Shown one piece after another: positions 46,391-59,488 of a stretch of DNA of 64,000 bases. The stretch lies in NCBI GenBank assembly GCA_030167865.1, contig JALAGF010000438.1, forward strand, positions 1 to 64,000, written 5' to 3'. The notes under the pieces were generated by a model. That model was not told where the DNA came from and searched no databases. It saw nothing but the letters and a program-made list of their open reading frames with translations. The stretch comes from Craspedostauros australis. Its lineage: Eukaryota. Within the stretch, counting starts at the first letter, position 1. Each line of letters starts with the position of its first letter. The position numbers were made by a program, and so were the translations under genes.

Positions 46391-47621
46391 GCACAACCTC
46401 TTCCGAGCACGCACAAGCATCAGCATTAGCATCGTTGTGAATAGAAGTCCCATGCGAGTGCCTGAGCCAGTGTCGGAAGGTTCATGGACACGCATGCACA
46501 CAAGATAGGCTGTCCCTTTCTCCCTCGCACACGCTTTGTCCTTCTACGCTCTTCCATCGGCAACTATCGGAGTCGTGGTAGGCAGAGACCTTGCTCATGT
46601 TGCTGCACACAAAATACATGAGTAGGTACAGCACACTGGAGGGAACGCCTGCGGTGATGCGGAGACTAAGTGGAGAATAGAAGTCCAGATCAGAGCGAGA
46701 TGTGACTAATCTAACTCTCAATCTTCCCCATCGCAACATCAAAGACTGCTCCATTCTATTGTACCTACTTTGATACGACCTCAAGCATTCGATGATCATA
46801 TACTCCTGACTCGCCGTGCACCTGGCGCATGCGAGAGAACCGATCGTGGTGTGCTCTATCCAGATGCACCCTTCGATGCAATCAGTTGTCTCCTTGACGA
46901 CTCGTGGCTCGCGCAGTCGATACACGTCACGCGATACGAGTGGGAGCGTGCGCTGGTGAATTTGTTTGCGTGGATCTCTACACACGTCGTGAATAGACTG
47001 TCCGAGAATCCGAAAAGGGGGTATTGCTGACATTACCCCATAATATTCCCCCTTTGTCGGTTATCCCCCGGTTCTGCGAGACCGTTCGCGTCCTCAATCG
47101 CGCAGGAACAGGGTTTGGCATGTCACATGTCGAACAATGGCTAAATTAGTCGCAATGTGGTCGTTCTTGTTTGCGCACTTCCTTCGTCCGCCGTGACACT
47201 CGGCTGTGGAGAGGAAAACGAACACGGGAAGAAACGCAACAACCACTTCCACGACAGTGACAACGCGGCAAAGCGGAAAGCCGACGAAAAGGTGGTTGTT
47301 GCTGTGACTGGCGTTGTTCTCGTTGTTTTGTGTGTGGGTTCTGTTCGTGTTTGCGCGTTGTGTTTCTGTTGGTAGCGACTGTGTGTGGGAGAACGAACGA
47401 GCACACCAACACACACAAAGGGGCGCAAACAGAGAGAGGAACATCTTCGCAGAAACCAGAGCCGAAACGCCACAACCCCAACAGTCACGCACGATACAGA
47501 AGCCCCAAGAAACCTCGAGAGGTGGAGTTCTCGTGAAACAAGACAACCTGACACAACTCAAGGACAACTCAAGACAATCCAACGCCAATCAGCACATAGT
47601 CAAGTGAATACCATACTCGAC

Positions 47622-47667
47622 ACTTTGCATACATTGCATACTCTGCATTCTTTGCATACTCTTACAT
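47622..47667. repeat. Degenerate 9-bp tandem repeat (ACTTTGCAT-like x~5) upstream of the A20 zinc-finger gene
   Basis: ACTTTGCAT ACATTGCAT ACTCTGCAT TCTTTGCAT ACTCTTACAT. Confidence 0.7.
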
Positions 47668-47935
47668 TCCATTTCACATTCGACACCACCATCGCAATCG
47701 CAATTGTGGCTGCTGCTTGCATCTGTGCCATCTCAACCAACAGCAACATCAACATCAACATCAACGCCTTCACATCAAGCCTGACCAAGTGAACGCAACG
47801 CGACTCAAGTCAAGTCAAGTCAACGAGGAGATCATCTCAAAGAGTGCTTCACTGCGCACACAACCTTGTGGAACAACTGGCATTTGCATCTGCAAACGCG
47901 ACACCAACTCCACCAACACTATCCTCGAGAACAGA

Positions 47936-48815
47936 ATGAAAGACATGGGCGAACACACTGAAGCCACGGCAAAGCCGTCGTCTGATCCAACACCATGCAA
48001 GATGGGATGCGGCTTCTTCGTAAGTTCTTCGGCGGTCGGCATGCCCCGAATTGCTCCTTCTCATGCTGCAGACACAACGATAGCACAGCAGCATGCGTCT
48101 CAAATGGATATTGCTGCGTTTCGTGCCCCTCTAAATGAAGAGACGGCCCCGACTCATGCGCAATGCTCCGGCTCCGTTCTTGAGTGCATGGAGAATGGAT
48201 GCCGTTGCCTCCGTGCACCTTCATGATTGCGCGTTTGTTGTGACTTCGGACTTCACTCGCACAACAATCAGCTGACACCCCTGTTTTTGCCCAATGAATT
48301 GCAACATCGTCAACACCACCACCGTCGCAACCACAACAACATTATGAAACACGTCACAGGGAAGCGGCGCTATGGATGGCTGCTGTTCCAAGTGCTGGCG
48401 AGAGCTGCAGGCAACCAACGCGAGATTGCAGCAACCAACAAAGGCGCATCAGCCACAGCAACAGGCGACCAAGCTCCCGTCCCTGGTTGAGGCGACCAGT
48501 AAGGTGGAATCAGATTCTCAGTCACAGACTCAGTCACGGGCCGAAGCCGACGTGCCAGCAACCGCAGGATCGGCCGCTTCTCATGAATCGAAGGAGGACG
48601 CACCCGGAGCGGCATCATCGGCGCCTTTATCCGAAAAGCCAAAGGCCGCGCCCAGCCAGCAAAAGAAGAAGACGAAGAAAAAGAAACTGTCTTACAAACA
48701 GATGATGAACTCCATGATGTCCAACGACGGGAAACCGAAAGACACCAACAAGGATGCAGACAAGCTCCTCCAGGGGGTTGGCGGTGGCGCCTTCTCCAAG
48801 ATCGACAAGATCTAG
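47936..48815 (+). CDS. A20-type zinc-finger protein lacking an AN1 finger, ~179 aa, 2 exons
   Basis: Exons 47936..48019 and 48360..48815. The intron 48020..48359 (GTAAGT..CAG) rebuilds CKMGCGFF|GSGAMDGCCSKCW, matching the A20 consensus CxxxCGFFGx7CSKC. Confidence 0.88.
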
Positions 48816-50086
48816 ACCAAACAAGAGAGAGCGAGAGCGTGTGCGATAGCGGTGGCGATCGCAGTCGCAGTCGTCGCAGAGATCAGACGGCCACTCATCG
48901 ATGAGAGTCGGATAGCCATGTCATTTTCATCACGATCAACACTTTTCCTATTGCGCTTGGAGGGCGATTTTGACGTCCTGCGCAAGCGCTGATCTTCTGT
49001 TTCCTCCACTTGCCATACTCAACAAGGATCAATTCGTATTCGACGAGCACAGCAAAACACACATCATGGGCACTGGCCAAGGAAGCGCAAACTTGACGCC
49101 AAGCAACACATGGAAAGACACGAAGAAGATCTGGTGCTGAAGGACTGATTCCATTGTTCGACTGTGCTTTCTGTGCCAGACAACAATCTTGAGAGGGCCG
49201 CAACGAGCACCTGTCTCCTCACACGTACTTCATTCCATGTAGCTGCCCACAGAACCACGCAGAGTAGTATAGCATGTGTGCTCCTCACATCCTAGCAAAA
49301 TTCGACGACGAAGGAACCGCAGATACTGTGATGAATGGGTTGTGGTGCGCATCAAAAGAACGAATGCGATGCTCAAGGCAGAGACACATTTCCATACGAG
49401 TACGAGCACCTCACAGGTCTCTTCACCTCCATTCTTGGACTTCGCTCAATGTCTTTCGTCATTCTATCTTACAAGCACACCACCAATACGAGTAAGAACA
49501 TATTCTATAATAGAAATACTATCATGTCACTATCATCATGCAAGTGGCGTGGGGATACGAACTGGTTGCGAGAGATGCGAAGAAGTCTGCTGTTTCTGTC
49601 TGCTGTGATCCTTTGGGGACCATGAACTCTCTCTCTTCTGTGGAATGCGGACAACGTTTTTCATTCTTCAAGCAGGGTCTACACAGAAATGCAAGACTGA
49701 TACTCACGACTAACTCGATTGCTCTAGAATTCTGCCCAGAACCAAAAAAACAAACCAAAGAGCAAACGACACAGAAACACCACGAGATCAACGACAAATC
49801 ACCAACGCGATAGCAGACAACAACCCAGACCAAACATGGACACAACCCAAAAGCGAAGAGGCAACCAACACAGAAGCAAGACAACGCAAGAGCACCAAGA
49901 GACGCACCATTCAATCAATCGTTCGGCCACTCAATCAGCCGCAACTCATCGCCGTACTCATCACCCGTCATTCACCATTTACCGTTTACCATTGATTGTC
50001 GATTGTTGATCGTCGATCATCGATCTGAACAGCAGCCTGATTGCTGCCATCGTCCATCACAGTGCATTGGATGCACAAGGAGCACC

Positions 50087-53000
50087 ATGGATCATAATCA
50101 GAACCAGCATCAGCATCAGAACAACCAAGGGCACAATCAGTACGGCCACCATCAGCGACGCAATCAAGGGAATCGCCCATGGAGGTGAGTTGCAGAATCA
50201 ACGTGCCGCATTCGCATCGCTCGGGACGGTGTTGAATTCCAATTTCACATGCGTCGCCTCCTCCAGGAATTGATCCTGATTTACGAGCTACTTCAAGCAT
50301 CTTTCGAATACGCGTGTTGTGCATTGCTGTGGCCTTGTCTGATCTGTCTGCTCTGGTCTGCTGGTCCAGCGAATCGAGAATACCTGCGCCAACCACAACA
50401 ACTCACATGTCTTCTGTCTTCGTTCTCCATGAACACCAACGGACACATCCATCTTCTCTTCACCACGCTTGAATTCAACGATTGCCATCTTGCGTCACAC
50501 AGTCGCGGCGGCGGCGGGAGGTCGTTCTACGGCAATCGAGGGCGCTCGTCTTCCTTTCGGTTTGTGAAGAATGACAACAATCACAATAAGAACAACAACG
50601 GAAACAACAACAACAACAACAACAACAACAATCATCACAAGAACCATGGGAACAACAAACGTCACAGCACGGGGTCCTTCCAGCAGTACCAGCCGTACAA
50701 CGCTAATCCATCCGGTGACAGTGCCGGGAATAGTCTGAGCGGGAGCATCAGCGGCAGCGATGGCCCAGACAGCCGCGGATACGGTCACAGTCACAACCAC
50801 GGTCACTATGGTCAGAATCAGGGTGCAGGACACAAAAACAACAACAGCAATAGCGGCAACAGCAAGAACAACAGCAATGACGCAATGGGTGGATCGGACT
50901 TTCGAAATCGCGAGTCCAATATGAATCAATCCTCCAGAGGCCGTGGTCGAGGGCACGGACACGCTCATGGACAAGGGCGTGGCCGGGGTGGTAGAGGTGG
51001 AAGAGGGGGGAGAGGTGGACAGAGATTCTGGACACCGGGCAGACCAAACGACGGCGGGGATGCCGGGCGTGGTGGCGCCTTGGCAAGCCGAAGAGATTCC
51101 AACATACCACCCACGATCACGACTCCTGCAGGATACAGCAATGCATTCAACGGCGGCTCTGGCGATGCGCACTCGTCTGGTTCTGCTGGGAAAGCGTCAG
51201 ATGGAAATCATGGCGGCAGTGGCGTCGCTGGCAGATCTGGAAAATCCGCAGGTGTCGCCAACATGAATCGCGACAACAGCGGCGAGAGCGATGCGACGAG
51301 GAATACTACGATCCAGCTCAGTTACCCGGAACCCAAGAGCCCGCGCAGCCGCAGCGAGAGCAACGGAGACGCGAACAGCGGGTACGAAAGTGGCGAGATC
51401 CAGCCAACCCGTGCACCGCCGATCGCAGTCAGCCGAGCAAAGCCCATGGCGGTCGATCAATCCACCGACAAGCATGAAATCGAAGGAGCCAAGCATCATC
51501 AAGGCCATCAGAGTCATCAGCAGCGCTCACAATACAACAAGCAACAACACCATCACAACAGCAGCAACAACAGCAACAACAGCAACAACAGCAGCAACAA
51601 CAGTACCAACAACAAGCAAAACAGGTACAACAATACCAACCCACAAGGTGGGGCTGGCACGAAGAGACCAAGCGGCAACTGGAAGAAGGCAAGATCCAGC
51701 TTTGGAAGTGCGGATGATACTCGCAGAAAGGGTCCGTTTGATGTCGAAGATGAAAACACGAAGACTGGCCAAACGGGCAAAGCCGATGCAAAGGGAAACG
51801 GCAACAACTTCAACCGTCAGGAGCAGCAAGGGCCGTTCAACCAACCTCCACAAAATTGGAACGGTAAGAATGCTTTCGACCATGATTCCAATCCACAAGG
51901 ACACTTGGACTCCCAACCAACCAATCGAAGGTCATCCTATGACAATAACAACAACACAGGCAACGGTGGTGTCAGCAGTGGCAACAACCAGCGACGTTCA
52001 AGTTTCGGACAGCACAACCATGTCCATGGCCACGGCCACAACAACTCTGGTGCTGGTGCTGGTGGCAACCACGGTGGTCCAGACTCATCTGCGGGAGGCG
52101 GCGGAAGCTCGCCTCGTCCGTACTTCAAAAAGAGCTTCGATCACTATGGAAGGAAGCAGTATGGCAATGGCGCCGCTGATGCCGATCGCAATGTTGACGC
52201 CAACACTTCGCGAAAAGACGGCGATCGCAAAGGTCGGACAGAGGACGGCGAGTGCGCACCCCCGCCTCCTCCACCACCTCCTCCTCCGCAACAGGGGAGA
52301 TCACCATTCCAGAAGAAGCTCAACTCGTTTCCAAGTAACCGTGCCAATTTCAACGGCAGCGGCTCGAACAGCTTTGATACCAAAGGTGATCGCACCCCAC
52401 CTCAACAGCAGAATCGTCCAAACTACCACAAGAACTTCAACTTGCAACGAAATGCCCATTACAGCCACAATGACCACAGCCATTACGGGAATCATTATGG
52501 CCATGGAGAGCAGCAAAATAATGATGGTAGGAACGATAAGCAACCACAGCAGCCCAGCCAACAGCAGCAGCAACAACAACAACAACGGCCGCAGCAGGGT
52601 TTCAAGAAGCGCCTCCAAGGACCAAACAGCAACCACAACGATGGCAACCCGGAGCATGACCAGGGCCAGCCAAGGCATGCCTTCAACAAACACATCGATG
52701 TCCATCGTCGGAATCATGGCAAGGATATCGCTGACGGCAGTAGCGGTGGCGGTGATGGTGGTGGCAGAGACGACCAGCAAATGTACGCCTCGCAGCACGC
52801 ACACCGGGACCACCGCAAGAATTTCAACCCAACCCCGCACGACAAATCCAACCAGAACAAGTACAGTAGAGACAACAGCAATCAAAGCCACTCCCAACAT
52901 GGCAATCAATCCAACCAGAACAAGAACGAAGATCAGCAAGCGCCCCATGGACGGCAGCCCTTCAAGAAACCGTTCAATTCCTACCAAAGCAGCAGCAACA

Positions 53001-56000
53001 ACAATAACAGCAATGCAAATGCAAATGCCGGTGCCTTTGTTGACAACGAGACGGGAGAGCGAAACGAATTCCGCCCAAACCCAGCCTTCAAGAAGCACGC
53101 CCAGAATAACAGCAGCACCAATGACGGCAGGAGCTTTCAACCTGATGATCGTGCAGCCAATGAGCAACAGCAGCAAAACTCGAATGGCCCATTCCGTTCG
53201 AATCACCCAAATCAACCCAACCGGCAGCAACAATCCAACCAGTACCATGGCAACAATCCCAATGTCAACAACTATGGGAGCGCCTATGTCAACAATCGCC
53301 AGAGTGGACCTGATGGACGGAGCATGAATCAACAACAAGGACGACCCTTCTACAAGCAGAACTTCAACCGTTATGGGCCAGCAGGCGCAGATGACCAGTC
53401 AGTGCAATCAGGGCACTCTGATTCTCAGCCACCGTATCAGAATCGTCAAAGCATTCACGCTCGGGATGGCAGGGCCAGTTCGGATGTCCAGTCAGAATCC
53501 GGCAACCCGACCGGTCCACCATTTTCACTCAACCGGGCCATGGACGATGATCAACAATCGACAATATCAGAGCCTCGATCGCATGGAAACCATCAGAAGC
53601 ACTTCAATTCGTTTCTGGGCAAGAAAGGCAACAACACCTCTGGGATTGCCGGCGATAGTGGTGCTGGTGATGGCGACGGTGGTGGCGACAGTGGCAACAA
53701 CCATGATGACAATCAGAGGAATCGCCCGTACCATCAGCAACGCAATTTCAATTCGTATGGGAACAACCAAAACAATCACCACGCCCCAAATAACAACAGC
53801 AAGAATGTCGGCAGCGGTGGCGGCAACAATCAATATGGAGGGTTCCATAACCGCCAACAGAACAACAATGACAACTACAGCAACAGCAACAGGAACAAGT
53901 ATGGCAACCGTCACAACAACTACGGCAATGATAATCGTGATACTGAAATATATCGCAATGAAAGCTTTGAGGCTCAGAATGCTGCATCTGCTGCTGCATC
54001 CAAAGGCGACGGACAAGGCCCGCCGCCCCCAGCATCGCATCATCCATTCAAGAAGCAATACCATCCAAAAGGGCACTTCCCAAATGCCATGAACAATAAT
54101 AACAACAACAGCTCCGATCCAGCCCCATCTGATTCGCGACCACCGTTCAAGAAGAATTTCAATCAACCCCACGCGCGTCCGAATCATGCCAGCGGCTACC
54201 AGGAAAGAAACCCGTTCCAACCGTTCAATAAATATCGCGGTGGCGACGATCCCAACAAAGACCGCCACAACAACCATATTGGCAACGATGGCAACACAAG
54301 TGACTCTGGAGGTAAGTTCCGGTCTCCCGTTGATGACTCTCGGAGCAGCAGTCAAGAATCCTACAATCCTAAGCAAGCAAATCAGCACAATGCGTCAAAC
54401 GTCAAGTCAAGAGATGATGGCAGACCACAAGTCAACAATGAACGCAAGCGACCTGCGCCGGAGGAGCATGGTGCAATTGCTGACAAGCGACCCCGCAACG
54501 AACATCGAAGTCCACGCCAATCAAGCGAAGGCAGCACGGTAGATCTTGCTCATGATGGCGTCGGTGCTGGCAAAGGTGGAAGCAAAAACAGAGCGAGCAA
54601 CACTACCAGCGACCGTAATGCACTCGATCGGCGCGAGAATTCTGAGAAGAATTTCGATCCAACAGAACAGGGCAAGATTCCCTCCGATCAGTACAGTGAT
54701 CCACGACAGGTTCGCGATATCAACAGCAGCAGTGGCAACAGCGGGAATGGGAACAAGAGAGGCAATGAAGTGAGGCCGTTTCACCAACACCATGGACAGC
54801 AGCATCAGCATCAGCGTAATCCATTTCCTCGACACGGCAACCCAGGATTTCAAAATCAAGATGCAAGGTACAATCCGCAGAATGACAGGATGGAACATCG
54901 CACCAACTTCCCTGTTCCGCCGCCACCGCCACCTGCGCCAATTCGCCCACCTGGACGAAGCAAGGATCATCGCCAAGGTCCAATGGGGAAGGAAGGCCCG
55001 TCAAATGTTGGGCACGTCGGCAGAGACGGTCGAAACGAAGATCTGGCAGGAGTGCGCGCATCTCAGCCTCCTCGGTCTTTGCCGGACACGCACTCACCTA
55101 ACTCTCTGGGTGCGATGAAGGATCATGGCGGAGCAGGCGGGATGAACCATCCGCATCGCAGGCAGCACCCGAACATGGATCGCAATGGCGCCCCTCCACA
55201 GAAACAACTGCCTTTCCCTGACTCCGATTCAGTACCAGGAGACCTTCCATCACATCGGAAAGATTTTCCGGCGTACAACAACAACGGCAACGGCAACACT
55301 AATAATCCAGGACGGCCAGCGTTCCCGCCACCCAATGATCGATTTGGTAATATGGATCGAATGCAGCAGGGTGGAAGAGGAGACTTTGGATACCGCAAGC
55401 CATGGAGGGACAATCGAGGAGGGAACGAGGGTGCCCCTCATCCCTTCAACAATGGCATAGGCAACGCCAACATGAACAACGGCGGCGGCAACGCCAACGG
55501 CAATAGCTTTCACAACAATCAACAGTATCCAAATCAATACCAGAATCGAGGTCGTCATCACCAACACCAGATTCATCATCACAACAATGGCAATGGGAAC
55601 GCCAATCATGACCATCACCACAACAACGCGAACTTCAATCCGCATTCAAAGTGGCAGTCTCGGTATCCCGGTGGTGGGAATAACAACACCATCGGCAATG
55701 GCAATGGCAACGGCAACGGCAACGGCAACAACAGTTTCGGAGTCCAGCCTAGAGCAGGACATGGAGATGTGGGCGGTCAGTACCAGATGGACGTCGACTC
55801 CACTATGGGTCCGTTCGATCCATCATTGCACAACCAGAATGGTCCAAACCAAGGCATGGGCAAACAAGGCATGGGCAAACAAGGCAACCATCCCATGGGT
55901 GGCAACAACGACCGTTCCCCGCCGATGCCCCGCTTCCAAGCTGGAGGTCATTTCCATCCCCAAGATCATCGGCAGGGATACAAGCGCCCATACGGCAACT

Positions 56001-56614
56001 TTTCCCAACAATCTGATGACAAGGGAGGTCAGTTCCACAACAGGAAAGGCTTCTACCAGCAACAGCAACAGCACAACAGTGGCAACAACAACAGCAACGC
56101 TGGCCCTAACCAGAAGGTATTGCCCAGCGGGGATGTGAGTTCGAACAAGTCACAGCCAAATGCATCGACCTCGTCTCCCAATCGAAAGCCCGCTACAGAT
56201 GGTGAAGCGAATACCGCCACCCCTGCCAAGCTCGCAACAAAGACCAATTCGACGGTTGAGAACGTCGGCAAGGGGAAAGAGGCAGAGAAAGCGACAAAGA
56301 AGGCGGCGGAGAAGAAAGAGGATGACGAAGCAAAGCAACAAAAAAAGGCAGCAAAGAAGGAACCGGTGTTTGTCGCCCCAACTCCTGGCGAGCCATCCGG
56401 TCTAATGAAGGCACTTGCTCGCATGGCTGATCTGGAGGCCCAGTTCCACACAGCTCGTGTGAAGCATTTGCAATTGATGAGCAACCACCGGAACCTGAAA
56501 CATCAGATCAATGTCCTCCAGGGCTTGCCCGCCGGTATGGAGGCGTTCCAGGACGACTACGACAGCTTCATGAAGTCGAGGCAGGTGAACAAGGGCACAG
56601 AGTCGAAGCAGTAA
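50087..56614 (+). CDS. Giant N/Q/G/H-rich low-complexity (prion-like) protein with an RGG box and a C-terminal helical domain, ~2069 aa, 2 exons
   Basis: Exon 1 50087..50184 (MDHNQNQHQHQNNQGHNQYGHHQRRNQGNRPW) matches the composition of the long ORF. The intron 50185..50502 (GTGAGT..CAG) is frame-compatible. Exon 2 is 50503..56614. Confidence 0.82.
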
Positions 56615-57742
56615 CCGACAGTCACTAGCCGTAACAGCTCTAGAGCCAGCTTCACACAGGTCATGTTCCCCGTTGCTCGCTCTCGAGCCTCTGCTGCGGC
56701 TTCATGATTCATCTTCCGATGTCGTCGACCAAGTTGGATTCAGAGTGAGGTTGAGATCTGGAATCGGCACTTTGGCACATGTGGCGTGCCGCAATGTATG
56801 TCTTTGTATTGCTGTTGGCACATACGCGTGCTGAATGCATGGAGAGTGGAGGAGGCGAAACGCCGATCTACATACTCGTAGTAGGGAAAGACTTGCGACC
56901 TTGACTTTTTTCACACCAACTCTCACGCAGAGCGCCACAAACAATGACGCGCCCCAATTCAATGCTATTTCAATGCCGCACCAGGAGCAATGGGCGAAGT
57001 GGAAGAGAGCACATGGGGTAGCTCGTAGATTGAAGTGTTCTATGCATGGTATGGTATATGGAAGCAGAAAACTGCATCGACAAGAGGGTTACACGCCACG
57101 CTTTCATGCTCGCCTGTATCAGCGACGGATCTATTGGTCGTATACCGTGTCATACTCGTACAATTCAAGATCTGGGATGGGTGGGAATGGGCGAAGCTGT
57201 GTGAAGTTGAATGGATTTAAGCATCCAAGCTTGGACGACGATGGCGGCGGTGATGATGATGATGATGATGATGCCAGTCATATCCAAGAGACGAGGGAAA
57301 AGTGATTGGAAGGTGCGTTGAATTATGTATTATGCACAAGTATGGGAGTGACTCCGTTGTTCGTGTCGTTGTCATCGAGTCGTGCATAATATCGAACACT
57401 GTGATTGCATTAGACCAAAACCGGCTTGCATTTTGCGTTAACGGTCAATAACCATCATTATCGGACGATATGAAACACATTCTGTGTTGTTGTCCGTGAT
57501 GCTTCCTTTTCCTCGATCTTCGCAGAACGAGAGGATCGCGGACAGTGATGTTGATCTTGGCGAGGCCACGATGGAGGCCAGTTGCCATCATCGCGTGTTC
57601 TTTCGCCAAGGACACCGCATGCAGAACAGGACACGAAACCAGACCTCAAGGAGGCATACCATACGAGTACTGCAAGCAGCACCAAAAGGGAAACGTCAGG
57701 GATACTATTACGGAGTGTAGACAGCATTCTTGGCCTTGCACA

Positions 57743-58777
57743 ATGGGAACGGCTGCGTCGAAAGGTGCCCGCGAAGTGGCTCGCAAGGTCCCGGCGAAGA
57801 AGCAGGTCTCCTTCCCACCCCATCCCTCGGTCAGTGCCCCCGCGACTTCTCCAGCTTCCCGTGCTTCTCCTGATGCACCACAGCCACAGCCACCTTCACG
57901 GCCACCATCGCCGTCGCTGTCATCGCCTCCGCCAGGATTTCCTCCAATCCAATCGACCGCAGCCAACCCCGCCAGCTTCCTGCGCGGCGAAGGCCCACAG
58001 GACATCCGCGACATCGAACAGGAGAAGTACTTGAGGCAATCCGGCATGAGAGCGCCGGGGCCGTTGTCTGCCGCGATCAACGCCAACAGAAAGCCATCGG
58101 ACGATTCGCATGAGCTGCCGGATGATTTGCTGTCCTTCCTGAACGATGTTGGCCCGGCTCAGAAGTACGTCGATACCAACCTCACCGCTCTATCCACACA
58201 GATGAAGGACATCGACGAAGAGGCCGATAAGACGACCAAGCCCAGGTCGTCGCGACGTGAGCGCATCGCGATGCCGTTGATGGCAGGCGCTGATGATTCC
58301 TTCACGGCAACCCGCAACACCAACTTCTCGCACAGCCAGCCCAAGGATCCCGAGGAGAAGGTATACGGCAGAAACGTCTTTGAGATGTTTGATCATGTTG
58401 CGAAGCATCAGAAGAGCTCGGCTGATGGCACCAGCACCGGCACCGGCGCAGCGAGTGTTTCTACACAAGCAACAATGCCAGCGGCTGCCGATAACGCTGA
58501 CGCTGACGAGACCGAAGAACGTGAGGCAAAGCTTCTGGCAGACCTCACGAAGCACGTGGAGCTGCCCATGATCCTGAAGGACTCGGAAGGCAACCTGCTG
58601 GGGATCTACGGAGACCAGTTCGACCCTGATATCCGCAATGTCGATGTGGTGCCCAACACCAAGCTGAAATTGGTCATCCAGGACATCATCGAGATTACCA
58701 AGGCCAGGGAAGACAAAATCGAAAACTTGAAGGCTCAGAGCAGGAACAGAACCAGGAGTAGAGTCAGAAGCAGATAG
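57743..58777 (+). CDS. Uncharacterised ~344-aa protein with a possibly myristoylated N-terminus (MGTAASK) and a Pro-rich region
   Basis: Coding-like ORF. The ATG at 57743 (CACAATGG) gives MGxxxS. No family recognised. Confidence 0.65.
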   Translation: MGTAASKGAREVARKVPAKKQVSFPPHPSVSAPATSPASRASPDAPQPQPPSRPPSPSLSSPPPGFPPIQSTAANPASFLRGEGPQDIRDIEQEKYLRQSGMRAPGPLSAAINANRKPSDDSHELPDDLLSFLNDVGPAQKYVDTNLTALSTQMKDIDEEADKTTKPRSSRRERIAMPLMAGADDSFTATRNTNFSHSQPKDPEEKVYGRNVFEMFDHVAKHQKSSADGTSTGTGAASVSTQATMPAAADNADADETEEREAKLLADLTKHVELPMILKDSEGNLLGIYGDQFDPDIRNVDVVPNTKLKLVIQDIIEITKAREDKIENLKAQSRNRTRSRVRSR

Positions 58778-59326
58778 AATCTCCATACGGTCTTCGTCAG
58801 TGAACGCCGAGAGCGCTGCCTTTGGAGCACGTTGTCAGCCCGTCACTCCTTCTCCCCACGACGCAGGTGCTGGCAATCTGATGTTCCACTTTTGCGGAGT
58901 ATGGTACAAGAGGTACCCGCAGCACTCCAGACATTCCGTATTGTGATCTATAATGATGATATTCGTGCATACTAGTAAGAGTGCCACGCTGCACACTGTG
59001 CACTGCAAACGACATGCTACAGTGCGAGTATCAGTACGAACGGATGGTGCAATCATGACCTGGTGGCGAAGCACCCATACACGATGACATTGGAACCAGA
59101 GGGCGGGGGCACATAGAGGACCGCACCATGCCGCAATCCAACCTGGAGTATGATACATAGTACAAGCTTCACATCTAGAGCTTTGCCAACTCCGTACAAC
59201 ATGCCATGAGACCCAGTGTGAATGAATTTCTATTCGTTTAGTACTTGTGTGTGTCTGCCTGTCTGCCTGCCGGAATTTCATCGTCTGCTGTTTGTTGTTC
59301 TTGCTCTTGATTAGGCGCATACTCGC

Positions 59327-59386
59327 GTCTGTGCCTGCGCATGTGCTTGTGTCTGTGCCTGCGCATGTGCTTGTGTCTGTGCTTGC
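59327..59386. repeat. 24-bp minisatellite (GTCTGTGCCTGCGCATGTGCTTGT)x2.5
   Basis: Two exact copies plus a partial third, ~100 bp downstream of the phosphodiesterase stop codon. Confidence 0.85.
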
Positions 59387-59488
59387 ATTGGCGGCCACAC
59401 TCTGCGATTCCGTGGTGGTACTCCTGTCCATCTCGATGGTTGCAGAATGTGCATTTGTGTGTGCGTAGTGTGTCTCCCGAATGCATGT

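Noticed and set aside
50249..50502. Hydrophobic, signal-like N-terminus of the 2121-aa ORF
   Set aside because: It lies inside the predicted intron 50185..50502. The upstream exon matches the protein's composition better.
59327..59386. 24-bp repeat as a CRISPR array
   Set aside because: The copies are contiguous with no spacers, there are no cas genes, and the context is eukaryotic.
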